From positions 744,001 through 808,000 of the forward strand of contig OZ176051.1 of NCBI GenBank assembly GCA_964247055.1: a stretch of DNA of 64,000 nucleotides, written 5' to 3'. Positions 27,501-42,400 of this stretch are shown one piece after another. The notes below the pieces were generated by a model, which did no database searches, was not told the DNA's origin, and saw only the letters and a program-made list of their open reading frames with translations. This DNA comes from Paragordius varius (Eukaryota > Animalia > Nematomorpha). Made by a program: the position numbers and the translations under genes. Positions within the stretch are counted from its first letter, which is position 1. Every line of letters begins with the position of its first letter.

Positions 27501-28520
27501 AATTATTTTTTATACATTCTCTTAGTAAGACTACATCAAAATATAGAGATAGTTTGACAAACTCTTTCATATCCGATTTTTACAACGATACTTAAAAAAT
27601 TCTGGTATTAAACCAGTCGCATCAATACTCAAGTTAAACTTTGTCCTTAAAAATCGGATATTGTTCACCGGTGAACAAAACTATTTTTTATACATTCTCT
27701 TAGTAAGACTACATCAAAATATAGAGATAGTTTGACAAACTCTTTCATATCCGATTTTTACAACGATACTTTAAAAATTAATGTATAAAACTAGTCGTAT
27801 CAATAAATCGCATCAATACTCAAGTTAAACTTTCTCCTTAAAAATCGGATATTGGTCACCGGTGAACAAAACTATTTTTTATACATTCTCTTAGTAGGAC
27901 TACATCAAAATATAGAGATAGTTTGGCAAACTCTTTCATATCCGATTTTTACAACGATACTTTAAAAATTAATGTATAAAACTAGTCGTATCAATAAATC
28001 GCATCAATACTCAAGTTAAACTTTCTCCTTAAAAATCGGATATTGGTCACCGGTGAACAAAATTATTTTTTATACATTCTCTTAGTAGGACTACATCAAA
28101 ATATAGAGATAGTTTGGCAAACTCTTTCATATCCGATTTTTACAACGATACTTTAAAAATTAATGTATAAAACTAGTCGCATCAATACTCAAGTTAACCT
28201 TTGTCCTTAAAAATCGGATATTGGTCACCGGTGAACAAAATTATTTTTTATACATTCTCTTAGTAAGACTACATCAAAATATAGAGATGATTTGACAAAC
28301 TCTTTCATATCCGATTTTTACAACGATACTTTAAAAAGGAATGTATAAAACTAGGCGTATCAATAAATCGCATCATACTCAAGCTAAACATTGTCCTTAA
28401 AAATCGGATATTGGTCACCGGTGAACAAAACTATTTTTTATACATTCTCTTAGTAAGACTACATCAAAATATAGAGATAGTTTGACAAACTCTTTCATAT
28501 CCGATTTTTACAACGATACT
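24540..28520 (+). repeat. 11-monomer HOR, period 2010 bp, two copies (3-mer + 8-mer)
   Basis: tctttaaaaa at 24921/26931, catcatactc at 26361/28371, catcaataat at 24620/26630 and 25167/27177. Confidence 0.9.
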
Positions 28521-29619
28521 TTAAAAATTAATGTATAAAACTATCGTATCAATAAATCTCATAAATACTCAAGTTAAACTTTCTCCTTAAAAATCGGATA
28601 TTGGTCACCGGTGAACAAAATTATATTTCATACATTCTCTTAGTAGGACTACATCAAAATATAGAGATAGTTTGGCAAACTCTTTTATATCCGATTTTTA
28701 CAACGATACTTTAAAAATTAATGTACAAAACTAGTCGCATCAATACTCAAGTTAAACTTTGTCCTTAAAAATCGGATATTGGTCACCGGTGAACAAAATT
28801 ATTTTATTTACATTCTCTTGGTAAGACTACATCAATAATAAAAAAATAGTTTGACAAACTCTTTCATATCCGATTTTTACAACGATACTTTAAAAATTAA
28901 TGTATTAAACTAGTCGCATCAATACTCAAGTTAAACTTTGTCCTTAAAAATCGGATATTGTTCACCGGTGAACAAAATTATTTTTTATACATCCTCTGAG
29001 TAAGACTACATCAAAATATAGAGATAGTTTGACAAACTCTTTCATATCCGATTTTTACAACGATACTTTAAAAATTAATATATAAAACTAGTCGCATCAA
29101 TACTCAAGTTAAACTTTGTCCTTAAAAATCGGATATGGGTCACCGGTGAACAAAATTATTTTTTATACATTCTCTTAGTAAGACTACATCAAAATATAGA
29201 GATAGTTTGACAAACTCTTTCATATCCGATTTTTACAACGATACTTTAAAAATTCTGGTATTAAACCAGTCGCATCAATACTCAAGTTAAACTTTCTCCT
29301 TAAAAATCGGATATTGGTCACCGGTGAACAAAACTATTTTTTATACATTCTCTTAGTAGGACTACATCAAAATATAGAGATAGTTTGGCAAACTCTTTCA
29401 TATCCGATTTTTACAACGATACTTTAAAAATTAATGTATAAAACTAGTCGTATCAATAAATCGCATCAATACTCAAGTTAAACTTAACCTTAAAAATCGG
29501 ATATTGGTCACCGGTGAACAAAATTATTTTTTATACATTCTCTTAGTAGGACTACATCAAAATATAGAGATAGTTTGGCAAACTCTTTCATATCCGATTT
29601 TTACAACGATACTTTAAAA

Positions 29620-32600
29620 ATTAATGTATAAAACTAGTCGCATCAATACTCAAGTTAAACTTTGTCCTTAAAAATCGGATATTGGTCACCGGTGAACAAA
29701 ATTATTTTATTTACATTCTCTTAGTAAGACTACATCAAAATATAGAAATAGTTTGACAATCTCTTTCATATCCGATTTTTACAACGATACTTTAAAAATT
29801 AATGTATTAAACTTGTCGCATCAATACTCAAGTTAAACTTTCTCCTTAAAAATCGGATATTGGTCACCCGTGAACAAAATTATTTTTTATACATTCTCTT
29901 AGTAAGACTACATCAAAATATAGAGATAGTTTGACAAACTCTTTCATATCCGATTTTTACAACGATACTTTAAAAATTATGGTATTAAACCAGTCGCATC
30001 AATACTCAAGTTAAACTTTGTCCTTAAAAATCGGATATTGGTCACCGGTGAACAAAACTATTTTTTATACATTCTTTTAGTAAGACTACATCAAAATATA
30101 GAGATAGTTTGACAAACTCTTTCATATCCGATTTTTACAACGATACTTTAAAAATTAATGTATAAAACTAGTCGTATCAATAAATCGCATCAATACTCAA
30201 GTTAAACTTTCTCCTTAAAAATCGGATATTGGTCACCGGTGAACAAAATTATTTTTTATACATTCTCTTAGTAGGACTACATCAAAATATAGAGATAGTT
30301 TGGCAAACTCTTTCATATCCGATTTTTACAACGATACTATAAAAATTAATGTATAAAACTAGTCGCATCAATACTCAAGTTAAACTTTGTCCTTAAAAAT
30401 CGGATATTGGTCACCGGTGAACAAAATTATTTTATTTACATTCTCTTAGTAAGACTACATCAAAATATAGAAATAGTTTGACAAACTCTTTCATATCCGA
30501 TTTTTACAACGATACTTTAAAAATTAATGTATTAAACTAGTCGCATCAATACTCAAGTTAAACTTTGTCCTTAAAAATCGGATATTGTTCACCGGTGAAC
30601 AAAATTATTTTTTATACACTTAGCAAGACTACATCAAAATATAGAGATAGTTTGACAAAATCCGATTTTTACAACGATACTTTAAAAATTAATGTATAAA
30701 AGTAGTCGCATCAATACTCAAGTTAAACTTTGTCCTTAAAAATCGGATATTGGTCACCGGTGAACAAAACTATTTTTTATACATTCTTTTAGTAAGACTA
30801 CATCAAAATATAGAGATAGTTTGACAAACTCTTTCATATCCGATTTTTACAACGATACTTTAAAAATTAATGTATAAAACTAGTCGTATCAATAAATCGC
30901 ATCAATACTCAAGTTAAACTTTCTCCTTAAAAATCGGATATTGGTCACCGGTGAACAAAATTATTTTTTATACATTCTCTTAGTAGGACTACATCAAAAT
31001 ATAGAGATAGTTTGGCAAACTCTTTCATATCCGATTTTTACAACGATACTATAAAAATTAATGTATAAAACTAGTCGCATCAATACTCAAGTTAAACTTT
31101 GTCCTTAAAAATCGGATATTTGTCACCGGTGAACAAAATTATTTTATTTACATTCTCTTAGTAAGACTACATCAAAATATAGAAATAGTTTGACAAACTC
31201 TTTCATATCCGATTTTTACAACGATACTTTAAAAATTAATGTATTAAACTAGTCGCATCAATACTCAAGTTAAACTTTGTCCTTAAAAATCGGATATTGT
31301 TCACCGTTGAACAAAATTATTTTTTATACATTCTCTTAGCAAGACTACATCAAAATATAGAGATAGTTTGACAAACTCTTTCATATCCGATTTTTACAAC
31401 GATACTTTAAAAATTAATGTATAAAAGTAGTCGCATCAATACTCAAGTTAAACTTTGTCCTTAAAAATCGGATATTGGTCACCGGTGAACAAAATTATTT
31501 TATTTACATTCTCTTGGTAAGACTACATCAAAATATAGAGATAGTTTGACAAACTCTTTCATATCCGATTTTTACAACGATACTTTAAAAATTAATGTAT
31601 AAAACTAGTCGTATCAATAAATCGCATCAATACTCAAGTTAAACTTTCTCCTTAAAAATCGGATATTGGTCACCGGTGAACAAAACTATTTTTTATACAT
31701 TCTCTTAGTAGGACTACATCAAAATATAGAGATAGTTTGGCAAACTCTTTCATATCCGATTTTTACAACGATACTTTAAAAATTAATGTATTAAACTTGT
31801 CGCATCAATACTCAAGTTAAACTTTGTCCTTAAAAATCGGATATTGGTCACCGGTGAACAAAATTATTTTATTTACATTCTCTTAGTAAGACTACATCAA
31901 AATATAGAGATAGTTTGGCAAACTCTTTCATATCCGATTTTTACAACGATACTTTAAAAATTAATGTATTAAATTGTCGCATCAATACTCAAGTTAAACT
32001 TTCTCCTTAAAAATCGGATATTGGTCACCCGTGAACAAAATTATTTTTTATACATTCTCTAGGTAAGACTACATCAAAATATAGAGATAGTTTGGCAAAC
32101 TCTTTCATATCCGATTTTTACAACGATACTTTAAAAATTAATGTATTAAACTAGTCGCATCAATACTCAAGTTAAACTTTGTCCTTAAAAATCGGATATT
32201 GTTCACCGGTGAACAAAATTATTTTTTATACATTCTCTTAGCAAGACTACATCAAAATATAGAGATAGTTTGACAAACTCTTTCATATCCGATTTTTACA
32301 ACGATACTTTAAAAATTAATGTATAAAAGTAGTCGCATCAATACTCAAGTTAAACTTTGTCCTTAAAAATCGGATATTGGTCACCCGTGAACAAAATTAT
32401 TTTTTATACATTCTTCTAGTAAGACTACATCAAAATATAGAGATAGTTTGACAAACTCTTTCATATCCGATTTTTACAACGATACTTTAAAAATTATGGT
32501 ATTAAACCAGTCGCATCAATACTCAAGTTAAACTTTGTCCTTAAAAATCGGATATTGGTCACCGGTGAACAAAACTATTTTTTATACATTCTTTTAGTAA

Positions 32601-35600
32601 GACTACATCAAAATATAGAGATAGTTTGACAAATTCTTTCATATCCGATTTTTACAACGATACTTTAAAAATTAATGTATAAAACTAGTCGTATCAATAA
32701 ATCGCATCAATACTCAAGTTAAACTTTCTCCTTAAAAATCGGATATTGGTCACCGGTGAACAAAATTATTTTTTATACATTCTCTTAGCAAGACTACATC
32801 AAAATATAGAGATAGTTTGACAAACTCTTTCATATCCGATTTTTACAACGATACTTTAAAAATTAATGTATAAAAGTAGTCGCATCAATACTCAAGTTAA
32901 ACTTTGTCCTTAAAAATCGGATATTGTTCACCGGTGAACAAAATTATTTTTTATACATTCTCTTAGCAAGACTACATCAAAATATAGAGATAGTTTGACA
33001 AACTCTTTCATATCCGATTTTTACAACGATACTTTAAAAATTAATGTATAAAAGTAGTCGCATCAATACTCAAGTTAAACTTTGTCCTTAAAAATCGGAT
33101 ATTGGTCACCGGTGAACAAAACTATTTTTTATACATTCTTTTAGTAAGACTACATCAAAATATAGAGATAGTTTGACAAACTCTTTCATATCCGATTTTT
33201 ACAACGATACTTTAAAAATTAATGTATAAAACTAGTCGTATCAATAAATCGCATCAATACTCAAGTTAAACTTTCTCCTTAAAAATCGGATATTGTTCAC
33301 CGGTGAACAAAATTATTTTTTATACATTCTCTTAGCAAGACTACATCAAAATATAGAGATAGTTTGACAAACTCTTTCATATCCGATTTTTACAACGATA
33401 CTTTAAAAATTAATGTATAAAAGTAGTCGCATCAATACTCAAGTTAAACTTTGTCCTTAAAAATCGGATATTGGTCACCCGTGAACAAAATTATTTTTTA
33501 TACATTCTCTTAGTAAGACTACATCAAAATATAGAGATAGTTTGACAAACTCTTTCATATCCGATTTTTACAACGATACTTTAAAAATTATGGTATTAAA
33601 CCAGTCGCATCAATACTCAAGTTAAACTTTGTCCTTAAAAATCGGATATTGGTCACCGGTGAACAAAACTATTTTTTATACATTCTTTTAGTAAGACTAC
33701 ATCAAAATATAGAGATAGTTTGACAAACTCTTTCATATCCGATTTTTACAACGATACTTTAAAAATTAATGTATAAAACTAGTCGTATCAATAAATCGCA
33801 TCAATACTCAAGTTAAACTTTCTCCTTAAAAATCGGATATTGGTCACCGGTGAACAAAATTATTTTTTATACATTCTCTTAGCAAGACTACATCAAAATA
33901 TAGAGATAGTTTGACAAACTCTTTCATATCCGATTTTTACAACGATACTTTAAAAATTAATGTATAAAAGTAGTCGCATCAATACTCAAGTTAAACTTTG
34001 TCCTTAAAAATCGGATATTGGTCACCGGTGAACAAAATTATTTTATTTACATTCTCTTAGTAAGACTACATCAAAATATAGAAATAGTTTGACAAACTCT
34101 TTCATATCCGATTTTTACAACGATACTTTAAAAATTAATGTATTAAACTAGTCGCATCAATACTCAAGTTAAACTTTGTCCTTAAAAATCGGATATTGTT
34201 CACCGTTGAACAAAATTATTTTTTATACATTCTCTTAGCAAGACTACATCAAAATATAGAGATAGTTTGACAAACTCTTTCATATCCGATTTTTACAACG
34301 ATACTTTAAAAATTAATGTATAAAAGTAGTCGCATCAATACTCAAGTTAAACTTTGTCCTTAAAAATCGGATATTGGTCACCGGTGAACAAAATTATTTT
34401 ATTTACATTCTCTTGGTAAGACTACATCAAAATATAGAGATAGTTTGACAAACTCTTTCATATCCGATTTTTACAACGATACTTTAAAAATTAATGTATA
34501 AAACTAGTCGTATCAATAAATCGCATCAATACTCAAGTTAAACTTTCTCCTTAAAAATCGGATATTGGTCACCGGTGAACAAAACTATTTTTTATACATT
34601 CTCTTAGTAGGACTACATCAAAATATAGAGATAGTTTGGCAAACTCTTTCATATCCGATTTTTACAACGATACTTTAAAAATTAATGTATTAAACTAGTC
34701 GCATCAATACTCAAGTTAAACTTTGTCCTTAAAAATCGGATATTGTTCACCGGTGAACAAAATTATTTTTTATACATTCTCTTAGCAAGACTACATCAAA
34801 ATATAGAGATAGTTTGACAAACTCTTTCATATCCGATTTTTACAACGATACTTTAAAAATTAATGTATAAAAGTAGTCGCATCAATACTCAAGTTAAACT
34901 TTGTCCTTAAAAATCGGATATTGGTCACCGGTGAACAAAATTATTTTTTATACATTCTCTTAGTAGGACTACATCAAAATATAGAGATAGTTTGGCAAAC
35001 TCTTTCATATCCGATTTTTACAACGATACTTTAAAAATTAATGTATTAAACTAGTCGCATCAATACTCAAGTTAAACTTTGTCCTTAAAAATCGGATATT
35101 GTTCACCGGTGAACAAAATTATTTTTTATACATTCTCTTAGCAAGACTACATCAAAATATAGAGATAGTTTGACAAACTCTTTCATATCCGATTTTTACA
35201 ACGATACTTTAAAAATTAATGTATAAAAGTAGTCGCATCAATACTCAAGTTAAACTTTGTCCTTAAAAATCGGATATTGGTCACCCGTGAACAAAATTAT
35301 TTTTTATACATTCTCTTAGTAAGACTACATCAAAATATAGAGATAGTTTGACAAACTCTTTCATATCCGATTTTTACAACGATACTTTAAAAATTATGGT
35401 ATTAAACCAGTCGCATCAATACTCAAGTTAAACTTTGTCCTTAAAAATCGGATATTGGTCACCGGTGAACAAAACTATTTTTTATACATTCTTTTAGTAA
35501 GACTACATCAAAATATAGAGATAGTTTGACAAACTCTTTCATATCCGATTTTTACAACGATACTTTAAAAATTAATGTATAAAACTAGTCGTATCAATAA

Positions 35601-38600
35601 ATCGCATCAATACTCAAGTTAAACTTTCTCCTTAAAAATCGGATATTGGTCACCGGTGAACAAAATTATTTTTTATACATTCTCTTAGCAAGACTACATC
35701 AAAATATAGAGATAGTTTGACAAACTCTTTCATATCCGATTTTTACAACGATACTTTAAAAATTAATGTATAAAAGTAGTCGCATCAATACTCAAGTTAA
35801 ACTTTGTCCTTAAAAATCGGATATTGTTCACCGGTGAACAAAATTATTTTTTATACATTCTCTTAGCAAGACTACATCAAAATATAGAGATAGTTTGACA
35901 AACTCTTTCATATCCGATTTTTACAACGATACTTTAAAAATTAGTGTATAAAAGTAGTCGCATCAATACTCAAGTTAAACTTTGTCCTTAAAAATCGGAT
36001 ATTGGTCACCGGTGAACAAAACTATTTTTTATACATTCTTTTAGTAAGACTACATCAAAATATAGAGATAGTTTGACAAACTCTTTCATATCCGATTTTT
36101 ACAACGATACTTTAAAAATTAATGTATTAAACTAGTCGCATCAATACTCAAGTTAAACTTTGTCCTTAAAAATCGGATATTGGTCACCGGTGAACAAAAT
36201 TATTTTATTTACATTCTCTTAGTAAGACTACATCAAAATATAGAAATAGTTTGACAAACTCTTTCATATCCGATTTTTACAACGATACTTTAAAAATTAA
36301 TGTATTAAACTAGTCGCATCAATACTCAAGTTAAACTTTGTCCTTAAAAATCGGATATTGTTCACCGTTGAACAAAATTATTTTTTATACATTCTCTTAG
36401 CAAGACTACATCAAAATATAGAGATAGTTTGACAAACTCTTTCATATCCGATTTTTACAACGATACTTTAAAAATTAATGTATAAAAGTAGTCGCATCAA
36501 TACTCAAGTTAAACTTTGTCCTTAAAAATCGGATATTGGTCACCGGTGAACAAAATTATTTTATTTACATTCTCTTGGTAAGACTACATCAAAATATAGA
36601 GATAGTTTGACAAACTCTTTCATATCCGATTTTTACAACGATACTTTAAAAATTAATGTATAAAACTAGTCGTATCAATAAATCGCATCAATACTCAAGT
36701 TAAACTTTCTCCTTAAAAATCGGATATTGGTCACCGGTGAACAAAACTATTTTTTATACATTCTCTTAGTAGGACTACATCAAAATATAGAGATAGTTTG
36801 GCAAACTCTTTCATATCCGATTTTTACAACGATACTTTAAAAATTAATGTATTAAACTTGTCGCATCAATACTCAAGTTAAACTTTGTCCTTAAAAATCG
36901 GATATTGGTCACCGGTGAACAAAATTATTTTATTTACATTCTCTTAGTAAGACTACATCAAAATATAGAGATAGTTTGGCAAACTCTTTCATATCCGATT
37001 TTTACAACGATACTTTAAAAATTAATGTATTAAATTGTCGCATCAATACTCAAGTTAAACTTTCTCCTTAAAAATCGGATATTGGTCACCCGTGAACAAA
37101 ATTATTTTTTATACATTCTCTTAGTAAGACTACATCAAAATATAAAGATAGTTTGACAAACTCTTTCATATCCGATTTTTACAACGATACTTTAAAAATT
37201 AATGTATTAAACTTGTCGCATCAATACTCAAGTTAAACTTTGTCCTTAAAAATCGGATATTGGTCACCGGTGAACAAAATTATTTTATTTACATTCTCTT
37301 AGTAAGACTACATCAAAATATAGAGATAGTTTGGCAAACTCTTTCATATCCGATTTTTACAACGATACTTTAAAAATTAATGTATTAAACTTGTCGCATC
37401 AATACTCAAGTTAAACTTTCTCCTTAAAAATCGGATATTGGTCACCCGTGAACAAAATTATTTTTTATACATTCTCTTAGTAAGACTACATCAAATAGAG
37501 ATAGTTTGACAAACTCTTTCATATCCGATTTTTACAACGATACTTTAAAAATTAATGTATTAAACTTGTCGCATCAATACTCAAGTTAAACTTTCTCCTT
37601 AAAAATCGGATATTGGTCACCGGTGAACAAAATTATTTTATTTACATTCTCTTAGTAAGACTACATCAAAATATAGAGATAGTTTGGCAAACTCTTTCAT
37701 ATCCGATTTTTACAACGATACTTTAAAAATTAATGTATTAAACTTGTCGCATCAATACTCAAGTTAAACTTTCTCCTTAAAAATCGGATATTGGTCACCC
37801 GTGAACAAAATTATTTTTTATACATTCTCTTAGTAAGACTACATCAAATAGAGATAGTTTGACAAACTCTTTAATATCCGATTTTTACAACGATACTTTA
37901 AAAATTAATGTATTAAACTTGTCGCATCAATACTCAAATTAAACTTTCTCCTTAAAAATCGGATATTGGTCACCGGTGAACAAAATTATTTTTTATACAT
38001 TCTCTTAGTAGGACTACATCAAAATATAGAGATAGTTTGGCAAACTCTTTCATATCCGATTTTTACAACGATACTTTAAAAATTAATGTATAAAACTAGT
38101 CGCATCAATACTCAAGTTAAACTTTGTCCTTAAAAATCCAATATTGGTCACCGGTGAACAAAATTATTTTTTATACATTCTCTTAGTAGGACTACATCAA
38201 AATATAGAGATAGTTTGGCAAACTCTTTCATATCCGATTTTTACAACGATACTATAAAAATTAATGTATAAAACTAGTCGCATCAATACTCAAGTTAAAC
38301 TTTGTCCTTAAAAATCGGATATTGGTCACCGGTGAACAAAATTATTTTATTTACATTCTCTTAGTAAGACTACATCAAAATATAGAGATAGTTTGACAAA
38401 CTCTTTCATATCCGATTTTTACAACGATACTTTAAAAATTAATGTATTAAACTAGTCGCATCAATACTCAAGTTAAACTTTGTCCTTAAAAATCGGATAT
38501 TGTTCACCGGTGAACAAAATTATTTTTTATACATTCTCTTAGCAAGACTACATCAAAATATAGAGATAGTTTGACAAACTCTTTCATATCCGATTTTTAC

Positions 38601-38700
38601 AACGATACTTTAAAAATTAATGTATAAAAGTAGTCGCATCAATACTCAAGTTAAACTTTGTCCTTAAAAATCGGATATTGGTCACCGGTGAACAAAATTA
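29620..38700 (+). repeat. Irregular HOR domain marked by agcaagac, aaagtagtcg, acttgtcg, cacccgtg and ttgttcacc variants
   Basis: caccgttgaac at 31302, 34201 and 36363 (offsets 2899 and 2162); many short 2-4 monomer local duplications. Confidence 0.75.
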
Positions 38701-39489
38701 TTTTATTTACATTCTCTTGGTAAGACTACATAAATAATAAAAAAATAGTTTGACAAACTCTTTCATATCCGATTTTTACAACGATACTTTAAAAATTAAT
38801 GTATTAAACTAGTCGCATCAATACTCAAGTTAAACTTTGTCCTTAAAAATCGGATATTGTTCACCGGTGAACAAAATTGTTTTTTATACATTCTCTTAGT
38901 AAGACTACATCAAAATATAGAGATAGTTTGGCAAACTCTTTCATATCCGATTTTTATAACGATACTTTAAAAATTAATGTATAAAACTAGTCGCATCAAT
39001 ACTCAAGTTAAACTTTATCCTTAAAAATCGGATATTGGTCACCGGTGAACAAAATAATTTTTTATACATTCTCTTAGTAAGACTACACATAAAAATATAG
39101 AGATAGTTTGACAAACTCTTTCATATCCGATTTTTACAACGATACTTTAAAAATTATGGTATTAAACCAGTCGCATCAAAACTCAAGTTAAACTTTGTCC
39201 TTAAAAATCGGATATTGGTCATCGGTGAATAAAATTATTTTTTATACATTCTCTTAGTAAGACTACATCAAAATATAGAGATAGTTTGACAAACTCTTTC
39301 ATATCCGATTTTTACAACGATACTTTAAAAATTAATATATAAAACTAGTCGCATCAATACTCAAGTTAAACTATGTCCTTAAAAATCGGATATGGGTCAC
39401 CGGTGAACAAAATTATTTTTTATACATTCTCTTAGTAAGACTACATCAAAATATAGAGATAGTTTGACAAACTCTTTCATATCCGATTT

Positions 39490-42400
39490 TTACAACGATA
39501 CTTTAAAAATTAATGTGTTAAACTAGTCGCATCAATACTCAAGTTAAACTTTGTCCTTAAAAATCGGATATTGGTCACCGGTGAACAAAATTATTTTTTA
39601 TACATTCTCTTGGTAAGACTACATCAAAATATAGAGATAGTTTGACAAATTCTTTCATATCCGATTTTTACAACGATACTTTACAAATTAATGTATTAAA
39701 CTAGTCGTATCAATAAATCGCATCAATACTCAAGTTAAACTTTTTCCTTAAAAATCGGATATTGGTCACCGGTGAACAAAATTATTTTTTATTCATTCTC
39801 TTAGTAGGACTACATCAAAATATAGAGATAGTTTGGCAAACTCTTTCATATCCGATTTTTACAACGATACTTTAAAAATTAATGTATAAAACTAGTCGCA
39901 TCAATACTCAAGTTAAACTTTGTCCTTAAAAATCTGATATTGGTCACCGGTGAACAAAATTATTTTATTTACATTCTCTTGGTAAGACTACATCAATAAT
40001 AAAAAAATAGTTTGACAAACTCTTTCATATCCGATTTTTACAACGATACTTTAAAAATTAATGTATTAAACTAGTCGCATCAATACTCAAGTTAAACTTA
40101 TGTCCTTAAAAATCGGATATTGGTCACCGGTGAACAAAATTATTTTTTATACATTCTCTTAGTAACACTACATCAAAATATAGAGATAGTTTGACAAACT
40201 CTTTCATATCCGATTTTTACAACGATACTTTAATTAATGTATAAAACTAGTCGCATCAATACTCAAGTTAACGTTGTCCTTAAAAATCGGATATTGGTCA
40301 CCGGTGAACAAAATTATTTTTTATACATTCTCTTAGTAAGACTACATCAAAATATAGATATAGTTTGACAAACTCTTTCATATCCGATTTTTACAACGAT
40401 TCTTTAAAAATTAATATATAAAACTAGTCGCATCAATACTCAAGCTAAACTTTGTCCTTAAAAATCGGATATTGGTCACCGGTGAACAAAATTATTTTTT
40501 ATACATTCTCTTAGTAAGACTACATCAAAATATGGAGATAGTTTGACAAACTCTTTCATATCCGATTTTTACAACGATACTTTAAAAATTATGGTATTAA
40601 ACCAGTCGCATCAATACTCAAGTTAAACTTTGTCCTTAAAAATCGGATATTGGTCACCTGTGAACAAAATTATTTTTTATACATTCTCTTAGTAAGACTA
40701 CATCAAAATATAGAGATAGTTTGACAAACTCTTTCATATCCGATTTTTACAACGATACTTTAAAAATTAATGTGTTAAACTAGTCGCATCCATACTCAAG
40801 TTAAACTTTGTCCTTAAAAATCGGATATTGGTCACCGGTGAACAAAATTATTTTTTATACATTCTCTTAGTAAGACTACATCAAAATATAGAGATAGTTT
40901 GACAAACTCTTTCATATCCGATTTTTACAACGATACTTTAAAAATTATGGTATTAAACCAGTCGCATCAATATTCAAGTTAAACTTTGTCCTTAAAAATC
41001 GGATATTGATCACCGGTGAACAAAATTATTTTTTATACATTCTCTTAGTAAGACTACATCAAAATATAGAGATAGTTTGACAAATTCTTTCATATCCGAT
41101 TTTTACAACGATACTTTAAAAATTAATGTGTTAAACTAGTCGCATCAATACTCAAGTTAAACTTTGTCCTTAAAAATCGGATATTGGTCACCGGTGAACA
41201 AAATTATTTTTTATACATTCTCTTAGTAAGACTACATCAAAATATAGAGATAGTTTGACAAATTCTTTCATATCCGATTTTTACAACGATACTTTACAAA
41301 TTAATGTATTAAACTAGTCGTATCAATAAATCGCATCAATACTCAAGTTAAACTTTTTCCTTAAAAATCGGATATTGGTCACCGGTGAACAAAATTATTT
41401 TTTATTCATTCTCTTAGTAGGCCTACATCAAAATATAGAGATAGTTTGGCAAACTCTTTCATATCCGATTTTTACAACGATACTTTAAAAATTAATGTAT
41501 AAAACTAGTCGCATCAATACTCAAGTTAAACTTTGTCCTTAAAAATCGGATATTGGTCACCGGTGAACAAAATTATTTTATTTACATTCTCTTGGTAAGA
41601 CTACATCAATAATAAAAAAATAGTTTGACAAACTCTTTCATATCCGATTTTTACAACGATACTTTAAAAATTAATGTATTAAACTAGTCGCATCAATACT
41701 CAAGTTAAACTTATGTCCTTAAAAATCGGATATTGGTCACCGGTGAACAAAATTATTTTTTATACATTCTCTTAGTAACACTACATCAAAATATAGAGAT
41801 AGTTTGACAAACTCTTTCATATCCGATTTTTACAACGATACTTTAATTAATGTATAAAACTAGTCGCATCAATACTCAAGTTAACGTTGTCCTTAAAAAT
41901 CGGATATTGGTCACCGGTGAACAAAATTATTTTTTATACATTCTCTTAGTAAGACTACATCAAAATATAGAGATAGTTTGACAAACTCTTTCATATCCGA
42001 TTTTTACAACGATTCTTTAAAAATTAATATATAAAACTAGTCGCATCAATACTCAAGCTAAACTTTGTCCTTAAAAATCGGATATTGGTCACCGGTGAAC
42101 AAAATTATTTTTTATACATTCTCTTAGTAAGACTACATCAAAATATGGAGATAGTTTGACAAACTCTTTCATATCCGATTTTTACAACGATACTTTAAAA
42201 ATTATGGTATTAAACCAGTCGCATCAATACTCAAGTTAAACTTTGTCCTTAAAAATCGGATATTGGTCACCTGTGAACAAAATTATTTTTTATACATTCT
42301 CTTAGTAAGACTACATCAAAATATAGAGATAGTTTGACAAACTCTTTCATATCCGATTTTTACAACGATACTTTAAAAATTAATGTGTTAAACTAGTCGC

